From NCBI GenBank assembly GCA_965202585.1, contig OZ241828.1, forward strand, positions 53,134,001 through 53,198,000: a stretch of DNA of 64,000 nucleotides, written 5' to 3'. Below, one piece after another: positions 1 to 12,760 of this stretch. The position numbers and the translations under genes are program-made. The notes beneath the pieces are model-generated. The model was given only the letters and a program-made list of their open reading frames with translations. It ran no database searches and was not told the origin of the DNA. Source of the DNA: Thalia democratica. Lineage: Eukaryota. Within the stretch, counting starts at the first letter, position 1. The number at the start of each line of letters is the position of its first letter.

Positions 1-1545
1 TACTCAAGATCTTGCAAGTAGAAATCTCACTGAATATCTCATGAAGATCCTTGCAGAAAGAGGTCACTGTTTCACCACCACAGGTTAATAGTTGTTTTGA
101 TATAGTTTCTCTAATTTAAATCATTTGCTGAAAGTTAATACATTTTTGCTCAACTTTACTCTCTAATCAATAAATACTTTTTTTTTTATTTAACAGTTCT
201 CTCATGATAGTTAATGCTTGTTATTTTAGCTGAACGTGAAATAGTTCGTGACATTAAGGAGAAGTTGTGTTACATAGCACTCGATTATGATCAGGAACTT
301 GCAACTGCAGCTGCTAGCAGCCGTTTAGAAAAAAAATATCAGCTACCAGACGGAACAGTATGTTTACATAGTTCATTCAACTGCTACTAACTCATATGAT
401 TACTTTGTTTAGTTTAAATTTTTTCTGACAAATAAACAAGATTAACTTTATAGTTTTACTTAAACTGTTCAAAAATATCTTGTAAATTTAATCAGAACTA
501 AATAAACATGTTCTGCTTATTTATAGGAGATCACGATCGGAAATGAGAGGTTCAGGTGTCCTGAAGCGATGTTCCAACCGTCCATGCTTGGCAAGGAGTC
601 TTGGGGAGTTCATGAGACCATGTACAATTCCATAATGAAGTGCGATTGTGACATCAGAACAGATTTGTACGCCAACGCCGTCCTATCGGGAGGAACTACC
701 ATGTTCCCTGGTTTGCCATAACACCTTTTCATTCTTTTTAGATATATCTGCTGTATGAATTTTTTAATCTGCTTTCACTTATTTAGAGTATATGTAGCTA
801 TGTCTTTTTTATCAAAGTTAGAAAACTATTGATTAGACTTTATAGTAAATAAAGCTTCATATCTGTTTTTAAACTTTTAAATAATAAAAAAACAATATTT
901 ATATAGGCATCATCAACAAAGTTGAGATGTTTGCGCCATCAACAATAAATGATGAAGTTCACTACACGACCAACAACAACAGCGTCCGAGACAACCTACG
1001 ACCGGTTTCGTCTCATCAGGCAGGCATAGTCGCGAGAAACAGCTGTTGAGATCTTATCAAGCGGGCTTCAGTACAAAGTACTGAAGCGACCGTTTGTGGA
1101 TTAAGTTGAAAAAATTGACACAGCTAAATCATTCACAGCCAAACGTCTCCGAAATTGTCAGCTTATTGTGAGATTATAGTCTTTGCAATTAAGTCCTTAT
1201 AGGTTTGAGTCCTCATAATGACGAAACCGGTCGTAGGTTGTCTCGGATGCTTTTGTTGTTGGTCGTGTGGTGAAGTTCATCATATATAAGTGATAGAAAA
1301 GTAATTCTAAATAAAATAAAGTTTCGTTTAACCGTGCAGGTATCGGTGAAAGGATGGTGAAGGAGTTATCCTCGCTCGCTCCATCAACAATGAAGATTAA
1401 GATAATCGCTCCTGCGGAGAGAAAGTACTCCGTGTGGATCGGAGGCTCCATTCTCGCATCGCTGTCCACATTCCAGCAAATGTGGATTTCTAAACAGGAG
1501 TACGACGAAAGCGGGCCTTCCATCGTCCACAGTAAATGCTTCTAA
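1..1545 (+). CDS. ACT: Divergent actin paralog, 5'-partial (last four exons: <1-83, 230-357, 527-710, 1340-1545)
   Basis: Spliced translation [47 protein letters not shown]...[21 protein letters not shown]...[13 protein letters not shown]...[10 protein letters not shown]. All introns are GT-AG and sit at the same codons (204, 246, 308) as in the actin at 18908-21786. No stop or frameshift in the visible part. Confidence 0.93.
949..1283. mobile_element. Inverted-repeat insert in the actin last intron, carrying minimal hammerhead-like motifs (probable Penelope-like element terminus)
   Basis: About 64-bp imperfect inverted repeats (949-1012 vs 1220-1283). The minus strand at 1030-991 reads gcctgc-CTGATGA-gac-GAAA-ccgg-TC-gtaggt; the plus strand at 1204-1240 reads TTTGA-gtc-ctcataat-gac-GAAA-ccgg-TC-gtaggt. 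Internal perfect hairpin GCTTCAGTAC-aaa-GTACTGAAGC at 1065-1087. Confidence 0.6.
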
Positions 1546-2796
1546 TTTTTTACAGCGTTATTTGATAATATTCACATTGATACTAGTAATTTATAGACTT
1601 GCTCTTTATTTATCAAATTGTTATCCCGACTTTTAACATTTCTTTAAAATTAGTAGGTATGAACATATAAATTGCGTCAAAAGAACCTCTTTTTTATTCA
1701 AACAATGTTTCATTTCGTAAAATCGAAATATGATTATTGAAAGTTATTTGTCTAGTTAGTTTTTTTTAGTTGTGATCGATTGTTTTTCAACATTTTTATT
1801 ATTGTGAAAAATTTACAATACAAGTTGCGTTGACAAATATTCTTACTAATCACTTTATTGTTTTTTTATTTAAAGCCTATATACGAGATATTTACTAATG
1901 TTATAGTTGATAGTTTTTGGAAGCTAATACTTTTTCAACAAACTATTAAAGAAGTTAATAATGTAAACCTTATGTAACTTAATCTTATTTCTAGTTTTTG
2001 AAAAGGAGAGATTTCTGTGAACTGTGTTTAACAAATTATATAAGCACTATTTAAAACACTAGACGTGGTAAAAAAAAGTCATATAACATTGTTTTTATGA
2101 TATTCTTCGCTAATAAAAAGTATATTTAGTTTTGATTTATAAATTATAAAGATAACCTGATATGTATAAACAACAATTATTATTTAAAAAACTTTAATAA
2201 TCTACTAAACTTTATAGCAAATAAATAGGTTTTGTTAACGCTTGTGTTTTCAAACTAAAAAATAATCCATGACTTCTGTAAGTAAATAAAAAGTATCATA
2301 TATAAAGTAGTTGTATGAGTGTTATAGGGTAGTTCTTCATAATATTTTAAAAAAATTCAAGCTTACTATTATTTTAATTTGTAACATAATAGCATCATAA
2401 AAAGTATTTTTAATTTTTAATAGACTATAGTTTTTGTAATATGTTGAAGTTACAATACTCTAAAACGGGATTTTCTAAATTGGGTAATGAGGCCCCTTTG
2501 GGAGAACTTTAGAAAGTTAGGCGGCCATAAGCTGTAAATGGGTAAAAGGGAGGCCTTGACTAGTAAAAAGGCCAAAAGGCCATAAAATTAATCTTTTACC
2601 AGATATTTTGGAGTTCACGATGAAGACCAAAAAAAAATTTTTAGGAGTATTTAAGAGTAGTTATAAAAATTACTTTATATACTACTAGAAAAAATCTTGC
2701 GCACAGTAGATTTTTGAGAATCTTTATTGGATGGGGCATTACTTATCTTTTTTCTTAAACTAGTTGTTATGAAAAGAAGATTGGGAAAACTTAATC

Positions 2797-2962
2797 TAAA
2801 GTGACAATTTTTTATGTGAATTTAAAACAACAAAAATACGAACGAACCGAGCAAATATGCTAAATTTAATAAAAAACCGTGTTTTTATTCCTATCTTAGG
2901 TGGCAGTTATGTTTAAGCTTCTAAATGTTTCAGGGTTAAATAGTGGAAATAGATATGCACTT
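2797..2962 (+). repeat. Local dispersed duplication, copy 1 (copy 2 at about 5396-5550)
   Basis: Shared blocks such as GTGAATTTAAAA, GAACCGAGCAAATATGCTAAA, TTAGG(T/C)GGCAGTT and GATATGCACTT occur in the same order in both copies. Confidence 0.75.
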
Positions 2963-5395
2963 ATTCAACTAAAAAAATATAGATAAATGTATCCATAAGG
3001 TAGTGAACGTTCCTTTTGTTTTTATTATTTATTTTATTTTTTTAAGTTTTTCATAATTGATAATTTTTGAATTTTATACACTTAAAGAAGAATATCTATG
3101 AAAAATGTTTCCGTATCAATAAGTTATTAAAAATACTACTAAGTAATAAAAGATAACTAGAAGTTCAAAACGATAATTTAACTTCATCTAAGGTTGTAAG
3201 TGTATTAAAATTAGATAAAAATTTTAATTAAAAACACAGATGAAAGTTATTCCATTATTGAAATTTTCTACATACATTTAAGGTTTTTTAATAAACAGTA
3301 TCTAATTTATTTAACTCATACGTAAGGATGTTTTAGCTTTCCTTTAGTCTTTAAGTAAAAAATAAATTAGTATGTACTTACAATCTTTTTTAACTCACAA
3401 TTTGTGTTTTTTTAAAGTATTGAATTTGTTATAGTTTATAGCAGAGACGGCAAACTAAAGCCTTCAGGCCTATTGCGGCTATAAAAAGAAATACATGTGG
3501 CCCGCGCGATGTACTTTTTAGCTAATAAAATACTTTTTTTTTAATAAATTTTGTATACTTTGTCACGCTTTTTCGTTAAAGAAACTATTTTTGATGATTA
3601 CTATAATTATCTTAAGTAATGAAGTCCCGCGGAAGACTTTTTTTTCTACACAAATTAGCCTGTGATAAAACTAAAACTATGGTTTTTTTAGATTTTGTAA
3701 GGTATAAAACAATATGTGATTTGGTCAAAAGTTTTCTAGAAAAAAATGAAACCCTGGGACTTGTAAAATTGTTCAAAAACTGATTTTAAAACACTTTTGA
3801 TTTGCTAAATTTGATTAAAAATTATATTTTTATATGTGCTCCGTTTGTAACAATAAAATTGACAATACATACTTATTACCAGAGGCGTTTTTGGACTGGT
3901 TTCCTGTTTTCTGTGTGACCCCTAAAAACTGAAATAAACATAATAAAAATACGATTGTTATATGGTTTTCTCTTACAATAGTTTACTGACAACTAATATT
4001 TATATGTAAGTTTATAACATCAAGAAAAATTAAGTTTATATTTTTTTAAGAACTACGTCAAGAATCATTATAAAGTATAGATTATATCAAGAATGTATTT
4101 TCAATTTATAAAGTTGTGTTCCTCTGTATGCTTTGAAAATACGTACACTGTAGTTTGGGAAATGATTAAAACAAACATTAAATCCTAAAATTTACTCATT
4201 ATTTTACGAATAACTAGTATTATTAGTTACGTTCAATTACATATTTTCCAAACAAGTTATAGAAGAAAAAATTTTCAACCAATTCATTGACTGAAACAAA
4301 CTTGTTTTTGTTTAAATTTTTACCAAGTTGAAATGATAAACAACTAGTCTTTGAAAAGAAAGTTTTAGAAACAAAAATTAAAACCAAAAGATATATTTTG
4401 CCACTTATTAGAAAAAGCGGTCGTATAATTTATTATTGTAAACTAGTAGTATTTTAAAATAAAATAAATAGTTTCAAGTGTTGACTTAGTTACTAATTTC
4501 AGGTGATTATTTAATTTGCTTACCAAAATACTTTTTTAAGGCGGCAGTTCATACGCTTATTACCATCTTACAGTATAAAATGTCTTTTTCGTTTAATACT
4601 TTGGTAATCTATATTAAAAAAGCACAGATGTATTTTTTATTTGTATTGAATTGTTCTTTATTTATTTGTGGTTTAAAAAATCTACTAAAATGTAAAAGTA
4701 CTTATGCTATTTTTGGTTTGCTTGTTTTGTATGTGCAAAGAAAACACTTTTCTATAATGTAACTAGTAAAAAAAAACTGCCTTTTACAATTGAGCGGTCT
4801 TTTGACTTAAAATTAAAAACTATGTACATACTTTGCTGCGTAGCTTTCTGAACCAAACTCATAAATGTAAAGATGTAAGAATGCAAATAACCATGTTTAA
4901 GATTTTTAAGTGACATATTTAAAGTAACATGTTTTACATATGAAAAACTCATACTACACAAAAACTTTTCAAATGCATGTTATTTTTGTTGTATCAACAT
5001 TTACCATGATAGTTGTTCAAACTTGAAATGTAAACAAGCGTTGCATAAATATTTGTTTACTTTGTAAATGCATAGCACTACATTTTTGCATCGTGAAACG
5101 CTTAAATTGATTTTTTATTGAGTTATAAAGTATATTTAAAACTTAGTATTTATATCTTAACTCAAAAGATAATTATTTATGTTTATATTTTATAACTGTT
5201 TTATGAAATTTTTAAAAAATTAAAAAATAGTATACATATTTCTAGTATATAAATGTAAAAAAACAATTATATTTTTTGAAATGTAAATACCTTTTGCATA
5301 ATAACTCTATACTTGTCTGTAAACGTTTTTTTGTTTTTATAGTGTTATTTTTTTAAAGGGGACGTTATGAAAAAAAGTTTGGCAAACTCTGATCT

Positions 5396-5550
5396 TTAGC
5401 GACAACTTTTTATTGTGAATTTAAAAACAACAATAAATGCAAATGAACCGAGCAAATATGCTAAACTTAATATAAAACTTTTATTCATATTTTAGGCGGC
5501 AGTTGTGTTCAAGAATTTATACTTTTAAGGTTTTAATTGATATGCACTTT
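5396..5550 (+). repeat. Local dispersed duplication, copy 2
   Basis: Aligns by eye to 2797-2962 with small indels. Confidence 0.75.
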
Positions 5551-6146
5551 TTAGATTAAAAATAAAACATGTATAGTGGAATTAAAAGGAACTAAAGGTT
5601 ATGAATATGAAACAAAATTTGGCATTAAAACTATCTAATATACTATCAACTGTATAAATAGCGTTTAAAAGAAGTTGAAACGGTAGTAAAAACTTAAAGT
5701 GGGCAAAGATTTTTGTTTAAAGATAGCAACTAAAAAATAGCTTTATTATATGAGTTAGATATAAAAAATACCTAGATTTAAACCAAATTAATATTGCAGA
5801 TTAAATTTATTTTAAATTTGTTGAGTATAATAAAAAATTCACAAATGAAAAAGCTTTATTAGTTTACTTTCCTTAAAGAAGAAAAAAAACATTTTTTTAG
5901 GACTGACACTTATGTTTAACTGCAATATAAGTTTAAATTTGAGTAAATTGATTCATTTTTTATATTTTACTATAAAGATGCATAATCGTACTGAAAACAC
6001 TTAAAAACATTTTCAAACCCAATATAGATAAACAACTAAAAGCAGCGAACATAATTTAATAGGTTTTGATTTGAACATCAGTAACTTAATTACAACAGTT
6101 TATACTCAATAAATAATTTTTTTGATATATCTTGCAAAGATAGTAA

Positions 6147-9100
6147 TCAAGAAATATTTTTCCAATTTCCAGGTAATGGAAAACCAAAGCTGTCTAAACA
6201 GTCAACATCAATTGACGAATCCCGATAAATTTGTTGGTATAAAGATGCCAGTTTTTCGTTCGACCACAATCTCAGAACAGATGTTTTTGATATTTGTTTA
6301 TTCCTAAAAGAATAAAAGTTTTTTTTTAAATAACTTATACAACACAAAATACTTTTGTAATACTGCTGAGTTTTTTAATAAATCAGCACATGTCCATAGC
6401 AGTTTCATGTATCTAAATAATTTCACAGTGTATACAGTTGCTATTTGGCTGCAGTGTGAAAGATAAGTGTCACTTTTTAAAGCAAAGTGGTTATAAAAGA
6501 AGCATCCCTAAATCTATTGGATCTAAAACTTAAGTTTTTTTTTTGCATTTTATTGTCAGTACTATACGCGTGACGATTGCTATAATTATAGAAACCATAG
6601 GATTTAAAAAGGCTTAATTTATGGTTCCTTTTTTCTTCAGATGAAGTGTTTAAAACATTTAATATATATATATATATATATATAGAAACATCGCCAAACT
6701 ACAATTGTTATAAAAGTTTAAAAATCAAAATTTCTGTTCACTATTATAATAAACTGTAATTTACTGACGATCACATGAAATTTTACATTCCATGTGTGAA
6801 ACAGCTGTATAAATTATAGTTTTTATATAATTAGATAAATATTTAGCTCCAATTTAATTTGTCGAGCACTATCGATCATAACTTTTTATAAAACCTTTAA
6901 TGTATATATATAGATATATATATATATGACATATTATGCTTTTTAAAATAATTTTTCTTATAATTTTCTCTTTATTTTCAATAAATTTTATACGATTGAA
7001 ATCAATTAATAAACAATAAAAGACGTATACTTAAACAATTGAGTATTATATAATCAAGCTTGAACAATTTTTTTATCTATTGACGAGTGGAAGTTTTTTA
7101 AAGTTTTAAAAGTTAAACTTTAAATTAAATAAAGAAAAATTCAAACCCGTAAGTAAGTGCCAAAAGAGCTTGAAGAGTTTTTGTAGAAATTTTACTTTTG
7201 CAAACTTCAAGTTTTACTTGAGGATAATAATGCAAGTAGGCGATGCACATTTCGTCTTTCAAGCCCATTCCTCCCAATGTTGCTTCCTTGCGTGTTGTTG
7301 TGTCATAAAAGCACTTTACATTTATGACATCACCCTAGAATTTAATATATTGTTATCGTTTTTTTATAATTGACAAAAACTATTATAAATTATTTTTATC
7401 ATGAAGTTATTTTAAATATTATAATGTGCTTATATAAGAAAAAATAAATTATCAGATTGTTATTTAATGCATAAATCGCAATTGATAGCAAAAGATAATT
7501 ATCATAATTAGCTAAGATATTATAAACGATAGTTTTAGATATTACGAACGTTTAAAAACACAATTCATAAATTCACTTAAAAGTATTTGACTGTTTTAAA
7601 GTTTAACAACTTTAACTATTTAAATTTCTTATAACTTATACTTGTTTTAAATATTTAAATGTAACAAAATTAAGGTATTCTGATTAGTAGGTAATGTTAA
7701 ACTTTTTATTTATAACTTCTTCAAAATTTGTTTTACTTAAAGTTCAATTTTCATTAGCTTTTTGTTTTCTTTTTTAACATGTTTTTGCACTAACATACAA
7801 TCAACTGTAAAACCGTTTATAACAATCGTACTTAAGTACAAATACTTATACTACTAAAAAAAATTATTTTAGAAAACATTTGTTGATCGAGTTTATAGTA
7901 CTAAAAAGTTTAGAAGTTTAATCACTAAGTTTAAACGTTTATAATTTAAAATTATATAACTGATAAAATAAACAAAAGATACAAGCATGTTAGGATTTCA
8001 TTGTTAATTTGATTTTTAAGCTTCAGTTGTCTTATACTTGATAAAATAATTAATACTTTACAATAAGCTTAAAAACACTGTTTTTGTACTTTATTGTAAA
8101 ATTAAAACACTTAATGAAAATAGTAAAGTTATTTTCAGCAAGCTCTTTTTTTAGTTTTTACTGTGATTCCCAAAAACTACATATTACGAATTCTAAGTAT
8201 ACAAAAAATATGATAGAGTTATTATTAGATACTTTTAAACTTTCCATAAAAGATTTTTTTAAGAGCTAGACTACTTTAATTACTTTAATAATTTGTTTTC
8301 GTATTATTAAAAATAAAACACTAACTTTTAATTTTTTGAATATACATTTTTTCATAATTTGAAAAAAGTCTAATAACTTTTCAATTCTTAAGTATTACAT
8401 TTAATTATTCAAAATTCTTAAGCTAACTTTTTGTTAGATATTTGAAAAAAAAAATAAACCGGTAGTATTGATACGAGAGGTGATATTTTTTCTATTGGTT
8501 CGTGCCAAGTTGAATAGTTTCTGTCCAGTAAAATATCGAAATATTTGTCTCCTCTTTTCACTTCAACCTTCATTTTCTTTCCCGCTAAGTGACTATGAAG
8601 CTGGCCCAACACCACTTTGATGCCCCCTTGCGGCAAACCCTGAAAAAAAGGTAAATTAGATTATAAACTTAATTGACCAGGAAGGCTGAGTAAAAACTAT
8701 ATTTTTCAAATGTTAAACTTTTTTTTGAAAAATTGAATAACTATTTTAAGTAACCAAGCTGCCTTGAAATCTTAACAAGGTCTACGTATAAAATCCGAGC
8801 GAACCTTTTTTGTGCACGCCGCCGGACAGATTCCGTTCCAAACAAAACTTTTTTGATTCTGGGGAATACCCATCGATGGCGTGTAAATTTTACCCACTTC
8901 CAAAATTCCTATGTTGTAAGGCCGTCTGGTACTGGTCAGGGAGAATTTGAAGCCAGAAAAGTCAACAATATCTCCGAGAAGGTCAGGATTGTTGTAATGC
9001 ACTTCAAGACGCAAGAACCTGTCTTTTGGGAGAAACAATCCGGCTTCGTTTGGATACTTTACAGGCTTCTGTAATAAAACGAGAAATTGTGAATAAAATT

Positions 9101-10085
9101 TCTAAAGACTTTGAAAACAAGATACTTTATTTACTTAGTAAGTGTGACTTAAGTATTTAAAGAATAACTTATTTGTAAAACGAGTATTTAAAGATTATAT
9201 TTTAAATTTTAAAAATAAATAGCATAAAACTAATTATAAAAAAGGTTTAGCGACCGTAGTTAATCTTTTATAAGTATAGTAAGTAGAAAGCATATGAACT
9301 ATAAAAATTAATATTCATGATTGACTGGCTTTGAAACTTGGAAATAAATGTACTTCTTACATAAATATAAAAAGTTTGTGCTAGGACGTGTAATTCAAAG
9401 ATAAAACACAAGAATGAAGCAAAGTATAAATACAATTAACAGTGTAGATGAAACTTAAAGCTACTGCTAAAAGTTAGCCAACTAGTTTATTTAATTGATT
9501 TTTTTTGTATATTTAATATAAAATTATAGCTCACCCCGGAATTTTGCGCCCACGCGGCGATCACGTGGTTACATTTATTCTTTACAGCATCGCACGATCC
9601 TTCATATGGTTTGTTGACTTCTTCGTTGCAAAGAAACACCTGAATTAAGGTAAGTGCAATTTTTTTAAAATGAAGACACTTATTGTGTCTAGTCTATAAT
9701 TTGTACCATAATTCAAAAACTTTTTAGTTTTGTAAAGACAAAATCCCAAGTTTTAGATCAAAAATAAATTTTTCTACACTCTACAGCCCATAAACAATCC
9801 ACATATAATTTATACAAATTAAACATTTACTAACTTGTTTTCAAAGTAAGTTTAATACATTTTACTTACCTCCATGTGGTGAATATACTTTTTGTTTTTT
9901 GAAGGACTAAAGAACGCAGTGTAGCCAGAAATTTGTCTGTCATGGTTGATACTTACACGTTTAATTTTGCACCAGTATGTTGTCGCTTGTTTTGGTACAA
10001 CGAATTTTTGCTTAAACAAAAGCTCACTTTCTTTGTTCGGATAGGAAAGTGCAAGTTTGAATATAAAAAACAAAATTAAAATCAT
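6147..10085 (-). CDS. Secreted copper type II ascorbate-dependent monooxygenase, DBH/tyramine beta-hydroxylase-like, 369 aa, no DOMON domain. Exons 10085-9870, 9639-9535, 9068-8805, 8639-8460, 7334-7147, 6303-6147
   Basis: GT-AG exons join in frame (1110 nt). Signal-peptide-like start MILILFFIFKLALS, then TTYWC, IHHMEVFLC, VIAAWA, EVHYNNP, LHSHLAG, GGMGLKDEMC, HYYPQVKLEVCKS and a DBH-like tail (LY...C...GNW). All six copper ligands are present (HH, H, HxH, M). Confidence 0.9.
6662..6684. repeat. (AT)n microsatellite in an intron of the monooxygenase gene
   Basis: About 11 AT units read directly; a second interrupted run lies near 6903-6927. Confidence 0.9.
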
Positions 10086-12760
10086 TTGTGTCTATATGGT
10101 GTTACATGAAAAAGTATTTGTACTGTTAGCAAGTAAAACACTAAAAGATGGATGAAATATGGTTTGTATTAAAAAAAAAACTACAGAAACGTTTTTTAAA
10201 GTTTAAAAAAACTAGATTATTTTATTTTACTTTTGTTTAAAAAAAACTAGCTATGCATGCAAAAAAATATTTACAAAAGTTAATAAAAATAAGCAAATGT
10301 TTTAAACTTGTAGAGTAGTTACAAAGAAGTTGTAAAGCTGAAAAAACAAAAAAAAAACTATACTTTTACTATACTACTATTATAATAACAAAACTTTGAA
10401 TGTTTGTTGGTCTTATTTTACAAATATACTACTAACACTTAAAAATATTAAAGAGCAACTATCTGTAGTAAATATTCATATAAAAATTTTTTTTTATAAA
10501 AGTAAAACTCAAAAAAAACTAGTTTTACATAAAAAATTATAAAAAACTGCATAATTATTCTGGTTCAAACATGTTCAATTACACAAATATATACTTTATA
10601 CAAATTTTTCTTTGTTTTAAATAGAATGACTTCAATAGAATTTTTAAAGAAGAAAAATGTATTTGAAAATATTTTTATAACCTAATTTATCTGTGTAAGT
10701 TACGCCAAGCAGCTTTGTTTCATACGACGCTTATCGAATTATTTTTCTTACTCTGTAACAAACGTCAATAACTTTGAGTTTCTCAAAACCAGAATATCTT
10801 AAAATAGTTTTTGTTGTACTGCAAAAAGCTTCGCTTAGAACTTAAGTTAATATTACAATTTTTTTATTAAATCTAAATACTTTTACTTTTTGGCAAAAAG
10901 AAATTTAGTTTCAAAGTACTTTTTGCTACTTAATAATAGACTGAAAACCACATGACACGATCTAACTTTGTTTTGAATCGTTTGTTTATAATATTTTTTA
11001 ATGATTTTCGAATTGCTGTAATAATCACGCAAAAATACATGCATTTGAAAAGTCTTAACCTTTTTTTAGATAACACCAAGATAAAATAAAATTTATTAAT
11101 ACGATATTTCCGATAAAAAGAAGACAAAGTATTACGTTTTCCCTACAATTTTTTTATGTTGTCAAGTTCAGTAAAAATAAGCACCGTAGGCCTTTTTTAT
11201 TAAATGACCTGTTGTTTATTTTATTAAAGTTTAGCAATTTTGTAAGCTCTTTTCTAGGTTATTCGTACATGAGCTTTTCTTAATTTCATATTCTATTTTT
11301 TTATTAAAACGTTTTAGCCTCAATTTCTTTTTTAACTTGTTGCAAACTTATAATTAGTTAATTAGGAAGAACACCTAGCGTCGTTACTTTAAAATTAATT
11401 CGTTCTTGTATACTGTATTTTGTTTGAAATTTAATTAACTTAAATTGATTTTAAACAAACAGAAGTTTATTAACTGACTATTAATCGTTTTTTTTTTTAG
11501 AAAAATTAATTTTATATTCAAAATTAAGCTAGTTTAGAAAACTTACAAGTATTTATGTGAATAAGTATTAATAAAGTCATAAATATTTTTAAAAAAATGA
11601 AATATATCATTACTTAAAAAATACGTTTTGATGTTATAAATTATCAACTAATAACCTTTGTAAAAAATTGATAAAAAGACATTAGTAAAATAATGTCCAT
11701 ACATAGCTGAAATTACTTACAATAAAAACATATTGTATAGAAACAACATGGTTTTAATGTTAGCAACTTCAAACTTCACTTAATCTAAAAAAGGATTAGG
11801 TTAACTTATATTTTAAAGCTTAGTGTTGCAAAAAATTTTCAATTTTAAAATAACTATTCTAACTAAAATAATCAAACCTTTGATGAGCGAAATATTTATC
11901 TTAGACTTTTAGTACAGTTAATTTATAAAATTTTTATGAAAAAGTTATTGTATGTGTTTACTTAAAGGTTTATTACGTAAAACTAAAGCGTAGGTAAGCT
12001 TATATGTAAACAGAAAAAACTTTTATGAATAGTTACAATATGGGAAAGTCACAAGTTATACTTTATTGTCATTTAAGTCTAGCAGCTAGATTTTAAATAT
12101 AACTATTTAAATTGACATTTCAAAACTAAGTTTAAGATTAATAATATATACTATATTTAGTTGCTTTGAGCTTTATTATATTCGTAAACATTAAGGGTTA
12201 ACCTTTAAGATAGTCGTCACCCAAAAAAAAATTACTAAATAAGAGTTGATACTCATTTGTTAATCATATTTCGTAAATATCTAATAATTTCAGTTTGCAT
12301 AAAACTTAATATTTTTTGGAGAACATCAAATTTTAACAGTTAAAACCTTTGCTAAAATTTTTTAATTTGTTGATTGTCAGAAATATTATTGGTTTATCAA
12401 GTTATGGTTGTTTTAAGTTATGTTAGATTTTTATTTTTACTTTAGATTTTTAATATCGCTTCCTTAAAAGTGATATTTTATAGAGTTTACAAAAAGTTTT
12501 TGTTTATTTTCTAGTTGAAAAATATTGAAGATATTTTTATTCTTTATAGTCTGTTCTAGTATAATGCTTTTAATTTAGGTTAAGTATTGTATGAAGTTTT
12601 ATTTATTTAAGTTATATGTATTTTGTCACTGTATAAGAGTATTTTAATTTCATTATAATTATTTAAAATTTTATTTATTTTAACTCATTTACAATTCGCG
12701 CAGCTTGTTATAAAAAATCAAAAAAGTTTTAAGTACAAACTGGAGGAAACTTATTAAAGT

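Noticed and set aside
902-950. TATAG-GCATC...GCGCCATCAACAATAAA resembling a decayed copy of the start of actin exon 7 (LAPST)
   Set aside because: Only an ~11-nt exact match; could be chance in AT-rich DNA.
1197-1523. 108-aa minus-strand ORF, and similar ORFs at 18923-19168 and 18930-19127
   Set aside because: Antisense or alternate-frame shadows of GC-rich actin exons.
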